Below are positions 14,795-26,289 of a DNA stretch of 64,000 nt, in pieces. The stretch lies in assembly GCA_022605425.2 (NCBI GenBank), contig CM061253.1, positions 496,001 to 560,000 of the forward strand. The letters run 5' to 3'. The DNA comes from Hamiltosporidium tvaerminnensis FI-OER-3-3 (taxonomy: Eukaryota > Fungi > Microsporidia). A program made the translations under genes and the position numbers. Below the pieces are notes generated by a model. The model was not told where the DNA came from and did not search any database. It was given only the letters and a program-made list of their open reading frames with translations. The stretch's first letter is position 1; each line of letters opens with the position of its first letter.

Positions 14795-15140
14795 AGTACT
14801 ACTATCAGATTGCGCTACAGCTCTCAAAGAGCCCAGTCTTCTTTGAAGAACCCTCTTTATTCTTCTCTTTCCCCCTTCTTTTGTTCCACTGCCTCACAAT
14901 AAGCATTCTAAAATCATTTTCTACAGCGTCTATTCATCTGTTTTGTGTTTTACTCTTAATTATTTTTCAATTAGGTTTTATTTATATACTTGATGTGCCT
15001 CTCAATCAGGGGTTATTTATATTAGATGTCCTATTAATCGAAATCTTTCTCTTTTTATTTCAATAACCAAATTTGTTCCAAGGTAGAGATCATAAATTTT
15101 TTTATTATTTCACTTTTTTTGCTGTTTTTTTATGGCCTAT
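14795..15140 (-). mobile_element. 3' end of an RTE-clade LINE (RT C-terminal region and tail)
   Basis: The minus strand encodes LVIEIKRERFRLIGHL ... DAVENDFRMLIVRQW and ends GAGCTGTAGCGCAATCTGATAGTAGTA, a typical RTE 3' terminus with a short repeat tail. Confidence 0.7.
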
Positions 15141-15150
15141 TAATCATATA

Positions 15151-15372
15151 ATCATCATCCTAGGAACTACAGCCCTGCACAAGCCTTTGCCTTCCTCGGT
15201 AATTCCGCCTAACGGTTTTTTCAAAGGCTCGTTTACTTTTTTGAGTTTCATAACAAGGTTGTTTTAAAGGGAGGGTTGTTGGTCCTACGTTCAACTTGGA
15301 AGACTATCCTTTAGTCTCCTCTAGCGACAGGCAGAATATACTCCAAGCTGATTCGCTCTTGGCATGGTTAGG
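15151..15372 (-). mobile_element. ~230-bp RTE-derived non-autonomous retroposon, copy a
   Basis: Colinear with 22904-23137 and 44600-44828, with a (GAT)n tail. Possible TSD tattaat(c/a)atataat at 15138 and 15390. Confidence 0.85.
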
Positions 15373-16495
15373 ACAAAAAGTTATCTATATATTAATAATA
15401 TAATAGTATTCTTACAAAAATAATGATAAGTTTTTATACATTCGTATCAAAAAGTTTCATATTTGAAATATTTTGTAGCTTTTTACAAAAATAGTAATTG
15501 ATTTCTATACTTTCTTATTAATTCAATATAATTAGGATTTTTTTCATACTATGACTTTTTAGTTCTTTAAAATTATTATACCTTTTGAGTTCCTAATAAT
15601 ATTTAATCTGCTTATTAATTTATCATCTAATATCTTTACTCGCAATTTTACTTTCCAATTCATTATTCTGTTTAAACTGTAGTAAGCTCATTTAATATAG
15701 AAATTTAATAATTTGTTTTACATTTCTTCAAAAACCATATTCCGCTGCAAATATAATCTGCTATTATGTTGTATCGGTTTATATAAAGTTTTATGTCTAG
15801 ATTCAGCTGGTATTGTGTAATTAAACTAAATTTAATTCATTTATTTTTCTTACTTCTTTCTTTAGAAGTTTAAATTAAAAGAAATTTACAAATTATAATC
15901 AATATAATTAAACATAATTTGAATAAAATGGTATTTTGATGATTAATTAAAAATAAAATACAAAAATAGTATTTATTCTTTTATCATTTTTCAAAAATAC
16001 AATCAGGTGTATAAAATATATGACTTATATTTATTTTGCAATTGTAATGTTTTGCTTTTCTATATAAATGGATACCGAAAAGATTAAAATTTATATAAAA
16101 AAAACGTTTTTTCAGAATTTTTGACATTAATGTTAACATTAATGAGGCATTTTTGGGGATTATAAATTTTTTTTAGCATATTTTGTATTCTTCAGACGTA
16201 AAAGTTTTTTTATAATCATATTGCAAAGTGCTTTTAATTAGTAAATAATAATGCAATTCGAAAATAAATTTAAATAGATTTTGGTTGAAATATTTTGTGA
16301 GTTAAAAATGAATTTAAAAATGAAATTTCTAAATTTATTTTGATAAATATTTTGGTAAATATTTTGGTAAATATTTTGTAATTTAAAAATGTAAATAAAA
16401 ATTTACATTTAGAATTCCTAAATCTATTTGTTTCAAATGTTTTTGGTTCTATATGAAAATAAAAATTTAAAATAAATTTAAAAAGAAATTCAAAG

Positions 16496-16502
16496 CCCCT
16501 TA
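16496..16502 (+). promoter_or_regulatory. CCC motif immediately upstream of the start codon (microsporidian-type initiation signal)
   Basis: gccccttaATG. A CCC also lies within ~15 nt of the ATG of APC10, VMA4, ARP5, DRG1 and eRF1. Confidence 0.65.
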
Positions 16503-17120
16503 ATGTCAGACATTTCAACACATTATGGAGGTTCTGTTTTAGCGATTAAAGGAAAGTCTTCTATATTTATCGCGGCAGATAAAAGATTAGGACAAGGTTC
16601 GATAACAGTAAATAAGGATTTTGTGCGTATACATCGTATATCACCACATCTTTATATATCACTGACATGCTTTGTCCCGGATGCACAAGTATTATTAAAA
16701 AATATAATAAAAAATTACAATCTTTTTGAATTAAAAGAAGGTAGAAAAATGGAACCACAAGAATTTACTAAAATGGTTTCATTTATTTTATATTCTAAAA
16801 GAGGTCAACCTTATTATACCGAACCCGTAATTGCAGGTGTAGATAGTTCAGGAAAACCATATATTGCAAATATGGATCAGCTTGGTTGTATTAGTGAGCC
16901 AGATGATTTTGTATGTGCTGGAACAGCAGACAAAAATCTTCTTGGTATCTGTGAAGCATTATGTTCCAAAGAAATGGAAGACGAGGAGTTGCTGGTAATC
17001 GGTGGACAAGCTTTTCTAAATGCACTTGATCGAGATGCACTTTCTGGATGGGGTGGTGAATGTTATCTAGCAAATCGTGATCGTGTTGTGAGACGTAGTT
17101 TTAAAGCAAGACAGGATTAA
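16503..17120 (+). CDS. PUP3: 20S proteasome subunit beta-3
   Basis: YGGSVLAIKGK..IAADKRLG, RGQPYYTEPVIAG, MDQLGC, DRDALSGWGG and a C-terminal ..RQD, as in PSMB3/Pup3. 205 aa. Confidence 0.95.
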   Translation: MSDISTHYGGSVLAIKGKSSIFIAADKRLGQGSITVNKDFVRIHRISPHLYISLTCFVPDAQVLLKNIIKNYNLFELKEGRKMEPQEFTKMVSFILYSKRGQPYYTEPVIAGVDSSGKPYIANMDQLGCISEPDDFVCAGTADKNLLGICEALCSKEMEDEELLVIGGQAFLNALDRDALSGWGGECYLANRDRVVRRSFKARQD

Positions 17121-17190
17121 ATTTCATGTGTTAAAATCTATTTTTTTTGGTAAATTATTTTATTTTAATTGTGCGTAAAGACATTAATTT

Positions 17191-17910
17191 AGTGGATAAG
17201 AGGATAACCACATTAAAAACTATCTGCTTGACAATGCGTATGTGAAATTGGTGTGAAAATAATTAATTGGATTTTAGGCCGAACTAAAACCAAACTTATT
17301 TTTGTTGCTCCATGGAATTTTTATAACGAGGAAAGATTATAAGGAATAAATGAAAATATTTCTAAAAAGTTAATTTGTAGTTTTTTTTGTAACTCGATTT
17401 GGAAACCATTGGTGAACTTTATGTTTATTACTATGCACAGGCATCTAAACCCAATTTTTCTTATTTATATCAGAATACTTAGCATATATGTGAAATTCAA
17501 AAAAAATATTCTTTAAAAAGCCGGGGATTCTAAGAAGCAGACTGTGCCTGTTGGTATGACATTGCAACGTCTAGGTGGCCTTATATAAGTCACTGAAATA
17601 TCACTTGATTTGAAGTATATTCGGTTCTTCAGGTGTAAAATGAATGAGAACGCTGCAGATTTTAAATCAGCCTAAGGGTGGTTTAGATCTGCAATCATAC
17701 TGCATGCAAGAAGAATAACGAACACATGGCCAATGAATGTCTAATAAATATGTTCCACAAATTTTTATATGAAAATCTTAGCGATATAAGTATTGTTGGC
17801 CATACCGATTATTTATTAGGTGTGTATTTATCTATGTTCAACCTAGAACCTCGTTATTGACATGAAAACAATATGTCACATGCCATTCGTACAAAAAGCT
17901 GTGATATTGA
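17191..17910 (+). mobile_element. ~720-bp structured element, copy 3 (degenerate)
   Basis: gaggataaccacattaaaaactatctgcttg ... cctgttggtatgacattgcaacgtctaggtgg ... aacctagaac ... aaaaagctgtgata. Confidence 0.85.
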
Positions 17911-19069
17911 TCAAGTTATTTCCCAGCTAACCTTAATTTTATGTTAATTTGTAAAAATTTTTATTTTAGGTTTGTTTTAGGATGCTTCGTTTTATCACTT
18001 TAGCCTTGAAATATATCTTAAAATAATATTGTTAGCGTAATGATTTTGGCTTTAAAAAATTCGTTACATAATATTACACATATCTAAGGCATTTGAAGCT
18101 AAAACATAATAATATATTGATTTCCGTTATACAATTTATATGGCTTCATTAATTTCTCCACATTTTAAAGTATATAGAAATCTAAATTATTTCTATTCCC
18201 AAATGTGTTTTGTCATAGTTTATTTAAAAACGAATAAAATATATTTTTGTTGAGGCAATGAAATGTTAAGAAGTATTTTTTTCGGTTTCATAAATTTAAA
18301 ATTAAATGTCAAATGTTTTTTTGTAATTTTTTTAGTATATTGGTAAACAATGATCTTAAAACTATATTCTAATGGATATAAATTATTTACTTAAAAATTA
18401 TGGGCTTAGATGAGAATTATTTAAAAATGACAAAATCTTATATAATATAAGAATATTATTTAAACATGCAATTTAAAAAAATTAATTGATATTTGATATC
18501 TGATTTTTTATGTGTAATAATTTATTAAAATCTCCTAAAAATGGTAATTTTTTCTATTCGATTTATTTATTATGAAGGAAAATATATTTCATCGATAATT
18601 ATGTATATTCTATATTATTTAATTGAAATATATTCAACAAATATTCTTATATGATAATTTTATAAGACTATTGATCTGATTGACTAGGATTAGAATAATA
18701 GAAATAAAATATGAACTAAACAATCAAATCAATGAATAGTTAATTTTAAATTTCATTTAAATTATGTCAGAAAATAGTTAATGATACAATTTCCTTAGGT
18801 TTTAAAGAGTTATTATCTTTTAAATTCAGTTTACTGGATTACAGCAATACATGTTTTATGCAATTCATAATTTCTTAAAAGCATATGATGAATCAATAAA
18901 GAATTTTTTATTTTTGTATTGCTCAAGTTCCTTTAAAGAAAATTTTTTAAAACTTTTTTTTGAAAAACCAGTGTAACTCAAAACTGTCATTTTGCTATTT
19001 TACTTTTTTTGGAAAACTGAAAAAAAATAATTTTTTTTCTCTTTAAAACAAATTTAATTAAAGGACTTG

Positions 19070-19522
19070 ATGGCTAATAACGATCCAAACATTGTTTTTA
19101 TAGAACCCGGTGATGAGGTAGTATATTTTATGATGGATTTTACTCAAAATAGAATTTTTGATAGCAATGAAACACTGATTAACTCGAAAGTTAAATTATA
19201 TTTTTATCGTTTAAAAAAATTCATCCGTTCAAAAGATAATCAGATATTTAAAACTATGTTACTTGTATACATTTTGATAGTGTTATTCCTTAATCTACTT
19301 TATTATGTTTGGAAACAGAATTTTTTTCTGTTTAATTCATATATTTTTATTGGTGATGTAATTATTTTGATATTTGGAATTATTAATTCGTTGCTATTTA
19401 AAAAACTTAAGTCCAGAAAAAACTGTCTAATGTTCTATTTTATTAGTGATGTTTTCCTGCATTTTTTTGTTTTTATTTATTTTATTTTTTCAAAAAAATA
19501 CAGGTATTTCTTCGGATCATGA
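19070..19522 (+). CDS. Hypothetical multi-pass membrane protein (possibly truncated by a frameshift)
   Basis: ATG at 19070, ~150 aa, three hydrophobic segments. No family recognised. Confidence 0.45.
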   Translation: MANNDPNIVFIEPGDEVVYFMMDFTQNRIFDSNETLINSKVKLYFYRLKKFIRSKDNQIFKTMLLVYILIVLFLNLLYYVWKQNFFLFNSYIFIGDVIILIFGIINSLLFKKLKSRKNCLMFYFISDVFLHFFVFIYFIFSKKYRYFFGS

Positions 19523-19911
19523 CAAAATATTTACGTTTAATTTATCATTTAATAATAAAAATAATTTTCCTATTTTAATATTGAAAATTTTTTTTAGCAA
19601 AAAAATTGATTGGTTTTAATTTTACAGGGTAGTACTATTTTGTGCGGTTAGAATTTATCTAAAACACACAGTCTATTATCGCATCAGGCCATTTCTTTAT
19701 TACTTAAACACATTCAAGAGCTTGTGAATTTTATTTGAATCAAAAAAAATTATGAAAATTTTACTAGATTTAGATACATTTTTTAGTGAATAAAAGTTTT
19801 TTTTTAATTAAAATTCGAATTAATAAACTTTCTCTGTTTTAAATAAATTTCTTCCACTATTTTGACCACTTCATTGCACTCCTAAAAATCCGACTCTTCG
19901 TTGATATTTAT

Positions 19912-21567
19912 TGTCGCGGTCCATAATGCCCCGATGTCCTTTGTACCCCGGTTATTTCTAATACCCCCCCTTTATTTTCAATATATTTATAACCCCCATA
20001 TTTTCTATTCATTAATCTTTAACACCCCAGATTAAAATTTGAAGTACTTTGTTTCTAAATATAGTAGGCGTCAATTGAAAATAAATGCTTATATACTTTT
20101 AATGTATTTTTCCCGCAAAAATTTTTTATTCCAAGCAATTTTAAAAATAAAACCATTTCCTTCTATCTTAATATTTCTTATTTTAAAAATAATACATATT
20201 TAAAAAAAAAAATTAAATTACCTCCGCTTTATTACGCCTTTGTAGACAGTTCTTCTTTCACCATTAATGTTCTCTAATTCTATCCTATTATTAATAAAAA
20301 TATTTTTACTGTAAAGACAGAATCATCATAAAAAGAATCAAACGGAGCGCATTTAGCCTTTATATTCATGTCAAAATCCTTTTTTTATCAAAACCTTATC
20401 ACCAATAAGAAGATTTCTTATTGTTTTATTTGGATCTTTACTTTCTATGATTCTTTTTTTATATTTTTCAAAATGTTTATTTACTTATGTATCAGTTTCA
20501 AGATTCTTATCAATTTCAGAAGCAGTGGTTGTCGAAGATGAAGCAATATATTTAGGCTCATTTATTCATTATACATTATAGACGCAATCTCTAAATTCCA
20601 CTTGTTCTTTATATCTCAGATCATGTTTTCTTGCTGTCATATATCAGAGCTTATTTCTTCAACAAATAATAAATCATATTTTAGTTACTCTAGCCCTATA
20701 TTACCAGAAAGAATATTATAAATACAAGTTGACCATAAAAAGGTTGAAAATATAATTTATTTGAGGCAGTGTGTATTGTTCTATTATAAGCCCATATACA
20801 TCATCGTTAGAACAGATACATCTTTTTGTAACAGTAAAATATCCCTTTTTTGCTGACTATATTTTAATGTTTGATTCATTTGTTCTATTTGTCCCAGTGT
20901 CTTTGGATTATGTGATCTTACATATATAATTTGAATGTTAAGAGCAGTTGAGTATGTTTCCAGAAATTAATTTTGAAATTCTATATCATTAATCTATTAA
21001 ATAGTTAATGGAATACAAAACCTATAATAGAAATTAATATGAATTTTTTACGAACTGTGAAGTCGTATTGATCGTCTTAAAACTCCAGGAATGCGTTGTA
21101 TAAGTGTAGGTTATGTTTGGATTTCAAAAATTTCATCATTTTGATCAGCGTATCTTCTACAATCCACACAATCAATCATAAATAAATTATATTATTTTTG
21201 TGAATTTATTCATTGGTAAGAGTCATTTGCTTAGAAATTTGTTTCCTTATAACATGTTATTGCATTTTAAACATTTATCCGGTCTATAATATCAAACAAT
21301 AGCAAGCCATAAAACTTTGCATTGAGACAATTTGTATATATATTGCCTGTTAATCGTTTAGTTTCAAAGACTGTAATCCGACTATATAAATATAAAAATA
21401 TCATAGGACCAATAGAAGGTGGAGTAAATACGAAATAACCCGAAAATTATAGGATAGAAATATCTTACAAAATACATATATCGATTATAAATGCAGGTGT
21501 TTTTATATATAAAACTGCATTAGAAATACGGGGCACGAATGACATGGGGGTACTAAAAACCGTGACA
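19912..21567 (-). mobile_element. Ginger-type DNA transposon with a decayed retroviral-like (rve) integrase
   Basis: Imperfect ~50-bp TIRs (TGTCGCGGT...CCCCGATGTC...ATTTCTAAT vs the reverse complement ending ...ACCGTGACA). 5-bp TSD TTTAT at 19907-11 and 21568-72. Minus-strand peptides IDCVDCRRYADQND and IQIIYVRSHNPKTLGQIEQMNQTLK. Confidence 0.85.
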
Positions 21568-21880
21568 TTTATTGTCGGTTCCTCGTTCCTTTACCGTGGT
21601 TATGCCATTCAAAATAAAGGGTTTAATATTTTTCTTATTTTATGTTCTAACACCGACTTCCTCGTTGTCTACTTGTGTTAAAAGGGGTGTTGGCTGTTTA
21701 TCCATCCGAGTTCCTAAAATAACACAAATGGCGCTCGTTCCCAGCTCTCTTTGAAATTTAGTCCTGACTAAAGTTTTTTTCGTTTATCAAAGGAAATTGT
21801 TTCGATTGCCTTCTCGAATACTATGAATTGTATATATGCCTTTAATTTCATAGGTAATGTACCTTTTAAGTGAATATCAT
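21568..21880 (-). mobile_element. RLE-type non-LTR retrotransposon 3' remnant hosting the Ginger (continues at ~19850-19911)
   Basis: Reverse complement catagtattcgagaaggcaatcgaaacaatttcctttga matches 29131-29169. gagctgg, ccaacacc and gaggaaccga follow in order. Confidence 0.8.
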
Positions 21881-22903
21881 TAAAATTTAATTAATAGAGA
21901 CATAATATAAAGTTAAGAAATTTAGAACACAAAATTTTATTGAATAGTGTTTCAAAAAAATTACTGTTTCAGATTTTTTAAAATTGTTATAAATGTAATT
22001 TTTATTTTAGGTATTATATAATACCAACCATGATACTATTATAAGATTCGCATAATATATCTTCATTTTATGTAACTCTTAGCCACATACTCTTTTTAAA
22101 AGCCGATCGACTTGACCCTAAAAATATCCGTTTTTTATATGCTATTTAAAATTGTGTATTTTAAATTTTTTTTCTTTATAAAAAAATTTGTAATTTTTCA
22201 GTTTTTCTTTATTTGGCATTACATCTGTTCATTAACAAGCCAAAAAATGTAAATATTTATAAGAATAAATAATAAATATTTAAATCCAGTTTTTTCAATA
22301 TATTTTTCTACGATTAAACATTTAACTAGCAAAAAAAATCATAAAAGATAAATATTCTTGATCCATACATGTGTTTATAAGACCATCGGTAGGATGTATC
22401 GCCAATATATTTTGAGTAATTTTTTATTTCAATATATCTCGCCTAAAAACATCCAAAAAAAAATGTCTAAAATTTGATAAATTTAAATGCTACAGAAAAA
22501 ATAGAAAGTATTCATGGAAAGAACTAATCATTAACCTTATACAAAAAATTTAAGGTGAGTCTTGAAAGAACATTCGAATAGGCAATTTTAGAAGAAGATT
22601 TGGAAATTTAAGTATTGAAATTTTATATGAAGATTTCTTCAAAAAAGAAAAAAGTTAGCTAAAAGATTTTTTTACTGGAATCTGTTATGGGCCTATTCTT
22701 TTCAGAAGAGGGAAAAATTCTCTTGCGTATGTGTCCCGATCTTGTAAAAAAGAATGAAGAATTAAAGTATATAATATCTTTATCAGAAAATATATGAAAT
22801 ATGTATCATTTCTTTCTCGATTCGTAATCTTTCGTGCAATTGAAAAAAAACAAGGATGCTAAATATCTATTGTTTAAATTAATTCTCATCCAAAATAAGA
22901 TAT

Positions 22904-23137
22904 TCATTCATTCATTCTTGGAACTACAGCCCTGTACGAGCCTTGACCTTCTTTAGTAATCCGCCCACTGGTTTTTTTCCAGTGGATTTGTTTACTTATC
23001 GGGTTTTGTAACAAGGTGGTTTTAAAGGGTGGGTTGTTGGCCCTACACCCAACAATATGGAGTATCAGTCTCTTTTAGTCGCTTTTATGACAAGCAGAGA
23101 ATACTCCAAGCCAATTTTGCTCCCGGCATGATGGGGA
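22904..23137 (-). mobile_element. ~230-bp RTE-derived non-autonomous retroposon, copy b
   Basis: 12-bp TSD AAAATAAGATAT (22892-22903, 23138-23149). 3' end AAGGCTCGTACAGGGCTGTAGTTCCAA(GAAT)n. The 5' part carries TGTCATAAAAGCGACTAAAAG and TTGGGTGTAGGGCCAACAACCC. Confidence 0.92.
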
Positions 23138-23319
23138 AAAATAAGATATATTTACATTAATTTTTGTATAAAAAGAATTACCGGGAGAATATCTAATTCA
23201 AAATTACGATTTATAAATTGCCGTCATTTATGGTTCCAAATAATTAACTATGTGACCAATAGGTATTTTAAGATTGTCAAAAAATCGATAAATATTCGGT
23301 AAAGTTGGAAAATTTACTT

Positions 23320-24009
23320 AAATTTTAGAAAATAGTGGCAAGTCTTTTATTTTTTTGATGACATTAAGCCGCTATAGGTTTAACATAAATGATTGCTTCC
23401 TTTACTCCATCAGTATCCTTAGATATCTAATCCGAATCTTTTTCTTCTAACCGGCTAGTAACACCCAATTAATGACTGAAGCAGTTGCCGGGAGTTCTTT
23501 TATGTCCATTGAATGGACTGTGATCATGGGTAGCTACTCACCTTGCCCCCCTCTGAAACTATGTAGATTTCCCTTTTACTCTACAAATTCCGACCTAAAA
23601 ACTTCTGGCTAGGATATATTTCAGCGACTTAAATTGGTTAACCTAGACAGTACAATGTAATACCAACATATATAACCCGCTACTAAGCTTTCATGACTTT
23701 AAAGGGGAAATTTTAAATTATTTTCTTTGGCGCTAAGTCTTCTAATCCGAGTGAGTGAGAGTAGATTTCCATGCTTTACATGATAATTATCTATTGATTC
23801 AGCAGCGGTCTTCGATCTAGTTACATAAAAAATTACAAAATAAATTTTTAGAGAAGGTTTCGCCATTTGGTAGGCCTTCTCTTCTTCATAAAAACATCAA
23901 TGGAAAATCAAAAATTTAGTGTGGTTTTATTACCATCAAACCCCAAACAAAGGTTTTCAGTTACCATTACCAAGCAGATAATTTTTAATGTGGTTATCTT
24001 CTCTCCAAC
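23320..24009 (-). mobile_element. ~720-bp structured element, copy 4 (subfamily B-like)
   Basis: Reverse complement of the consensus, from ggttatcttctctcc (5' end) to atagtggcaag (3' end). Confidence 0.88.
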
Positions 24010-24246
24010 AAATATAAGTGTGTAATGCAATATTCTCTAATATGTAGAAAAATTAAACAAACATTTATTATTTCAAACACCAATACGAATTTATAATATA
24101 TGGCTAATACAATGTAATTACTTCCAAATAGGATATATATTTTGTAAAATTTTCTATTCTATCCAAACTTTGCTTTTTTTATTTCGATAGAATATAATAC
24201 TTCCTTATATTTTTGACCCAGATTGGGATATAAAAATAAATTGTAC

Positions 24247-24555
24247 TAAATCACATTTTATTAAATATTTTACAACCTCACTTCTTATTCCATATAAATA
24301 TCTGATTCATTTCTCTTATGAATTACATTCTCGATTACATTTGTTGCCCCCTTTCCTTCATACCTTCACATACACATAATATTTATTTTTAAAAATAACT
24401 TATAATTTCAATTATAGTTACATTCTTACACCTTTAGCTACACATACACATAATATTTATTTTAATAAATAACTCATACTTTCAATTATATTTGTTGCCT
24501 CACTTATAAATCACATTCTATTAAATATATTTACATTTTTACACCTTACCCTCAC
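24247..24555 (+). repeat. Local duplications upstream of APC10
   Basis: taaatcacatt(t/c)tattaaatat at ~24247 and ~24507. acatacacataatatttatttt...ttcaattata at ~24368 and ~24442. Confidence 0.75.
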
Positions 24556-24960
24556 ATGGACATAAGATTAAGCTCTTTTAAACGTGGTCACGGTCTAAAA
24601 GAATTACTTTCATCAGAAACAGAAGAATTTTGGCACACCGATGACAATTTACCACACTACATCCAAATATCATTCAACAAAAGAACATACGTAGAAACAG
24701 TACAACTATTACTATTATACAGCAAAGATGACAGTTATACACCAGAAAAAGTAGAAGTTCGTACAGGTACAACCACAGAAACAATGTCTTTATCAACTAC
24801 CATGACATTTATAGAACCAGAAGGATTTGTCAATATAGATATTTCTTCTGATTGTTTTATATTACAAATTATATTTATTTGTAATCATCAAGAAGGCAGA
24901 GATTCACATGTCAGACAACTCAAAGTATTTACACATGGAAATAAAGAAATATTAATTTAA
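24556..24960 (+). CDS. APC10: Anaphase-promoting complex subunit 10 (DOC domain)
   Basis: LSSFKRGHG, FWHTDDNLPHYIQI, DDSYTP, NHQEGRDSHVRQLKV. Confidence 0.93.
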   Translation: MDIRLSSFKRGHGLKELLSSETEEFWHTDDNLPHYIQISFNKRTYVETVQLLLLYSKDDSYTPEKVEVRTGTTTETMSLSTTMTFIEPEGFVNIDISSDCFILQIIFICNHQEGRDSHVRQLKVFTHGNKEILI

Positions 24961-25138
24961 AATAAATTTGTAATTTTCCAAGTATTTATCAATAAAATTA
25001 AATTATTCTGTAAGTAAACAAGATGATTAAATAAATTTTAGGTGAATAAGAGATTCGAATTATAATTAATTATTTATAAAGTAATGTTTTTATAATTAAA
25101 TTACAATTTAATTATTTTTTATAAAACTGATAAAAAAA

Positions 25139-25400
25139 TTATTAATCGTTGTATTTTAACTTACCCATTGTTTTATTGAGATAAAACTTTTTAAAAAAAA
25201 TATTATTTTTTTATTAATCATTGTATTTTAAACCTACCTTTGTTTTATTGAGATATACCTTTTTAAAAAAAATATTATTTTTTTATTAATCATTCTAATT
25301 CTAACCTACCTTTGTTTTATTGAGATTTACTTTTTAAAAAAAATATTATTTTTTTATTAATCGCTGCATTTTAAACCTACCCATTGTTTTATGGAGGTAT
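25139..25400 (+). repeat. ~71-bp tandem repeat (3 full units plus a partial unit containing the VMA4 start codon)
   Basis: Unit ttattaatc..tgtattttaa(a)cctacc(c/t)..tgttttat(t/g)gag(a/g)ta..ctttttaaaaaaaatattatttt at ~25139, 25211, 25282 and 25354. Confidence 0.9.
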
Positions 25401-25975
25401 CACAGGAACAAGATATAGAAAGAATAGTATCCTTTATAAAACATGAAGCAAAAGAAAAAGTACAAGAAATATTAATTAAAGCATCTGAAGAATATAACAC
25501 AGAAAAAGCCAAAATAGTGAGAAGCGAGACAATGAAAATAGAAAGAGATTATTTACAAAGAAAAAAAAAATTAGAAATACAAAAAGTAATGAATGAGAGT
25601 GTAGTTCGTAGTGAATTGCGTATGAAAGAATTATTGAAGAAAGTAAATTTACTTGAAATTTTTTTTATGTCCGTAAAAAAATCTTTAAAAAATCGAATTT
25701 TAAAAGCTGAAAATATTTTAAAAGATTGTGAAAAAATTAAAGAAAATAAAATTCTTATTTTTTGTCTTAAAAAAGACGAAAAATATGTAAAAAATTGTGT
25801 TGGAAATAAATATGAAATTGAAGTTAAAGAACTTGGGGAGGAATATATTGGAGGGGTTATTGTCTGTAATAGTGATAGAAGTGTTATTATTGATAATTCT
25901 TTTAAAAGTCTTATTGAGATATTAAAAGAGAAATATATGTCTTTAATATGGAAAATATTAGTAAAAGGATGCTAG
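25391..25975 (+). CDS. VMA4: V-type ATPase subunit E
   Basis: IERIVSFIKHEAKEKVQEILIKASEEYNTEKAKIV and C-terminal IGGVIV...VIIDNSF. Confidence 0.92.
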   Translation: MEVSQEQDIERIVSFIKHEAKEKVQEILIKASEEYNTEKAKIVRSETMKIERDYLQRKKKLEIQKVMNESVVRSELRMKELLKKVNLLEIFFMSVKKSLKNRILKAENILKDCEKIKENKILIFCLKKDEKYVKNCVGNKYEIEVKELGEEYIGGVIVCNSDRSVIIDNSFKSLIEILKEKYMSLIWKILVKGC

Positions 25976-26289
25976 AGTTACTATCTATTCTCTTATTTAT
26001 TTACTTTTTTAAAAATTATAAAATTAAATATTCTGTATTTCTTTATTCTGTATTTCAAATTACTTAAATATTAAATTATATATTCTGTATTTCTTAAATA
26101 AGTTGAAATTATGATTTCTTCTCCTATTTATTAAATTATATATTCTGTATTTCTTATTTATTACATTTTATGATCTCCATTCTCTCGAATAATTAGTTAT
26201 ATTCTATACCTCTTAATATTAATATTTCCCTTCTATTCTATTCTTCATATTCTTCATTAAAATTCTTATAAATCTTTTAATCCCTTTAA

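Noticed and set aside
25139-25400. CRISPR-like array
   Set aside because: The units are contiguous degenerate tandem repeats with no unique spacers, there are no cas genes, and the DNA is eukaryotic.
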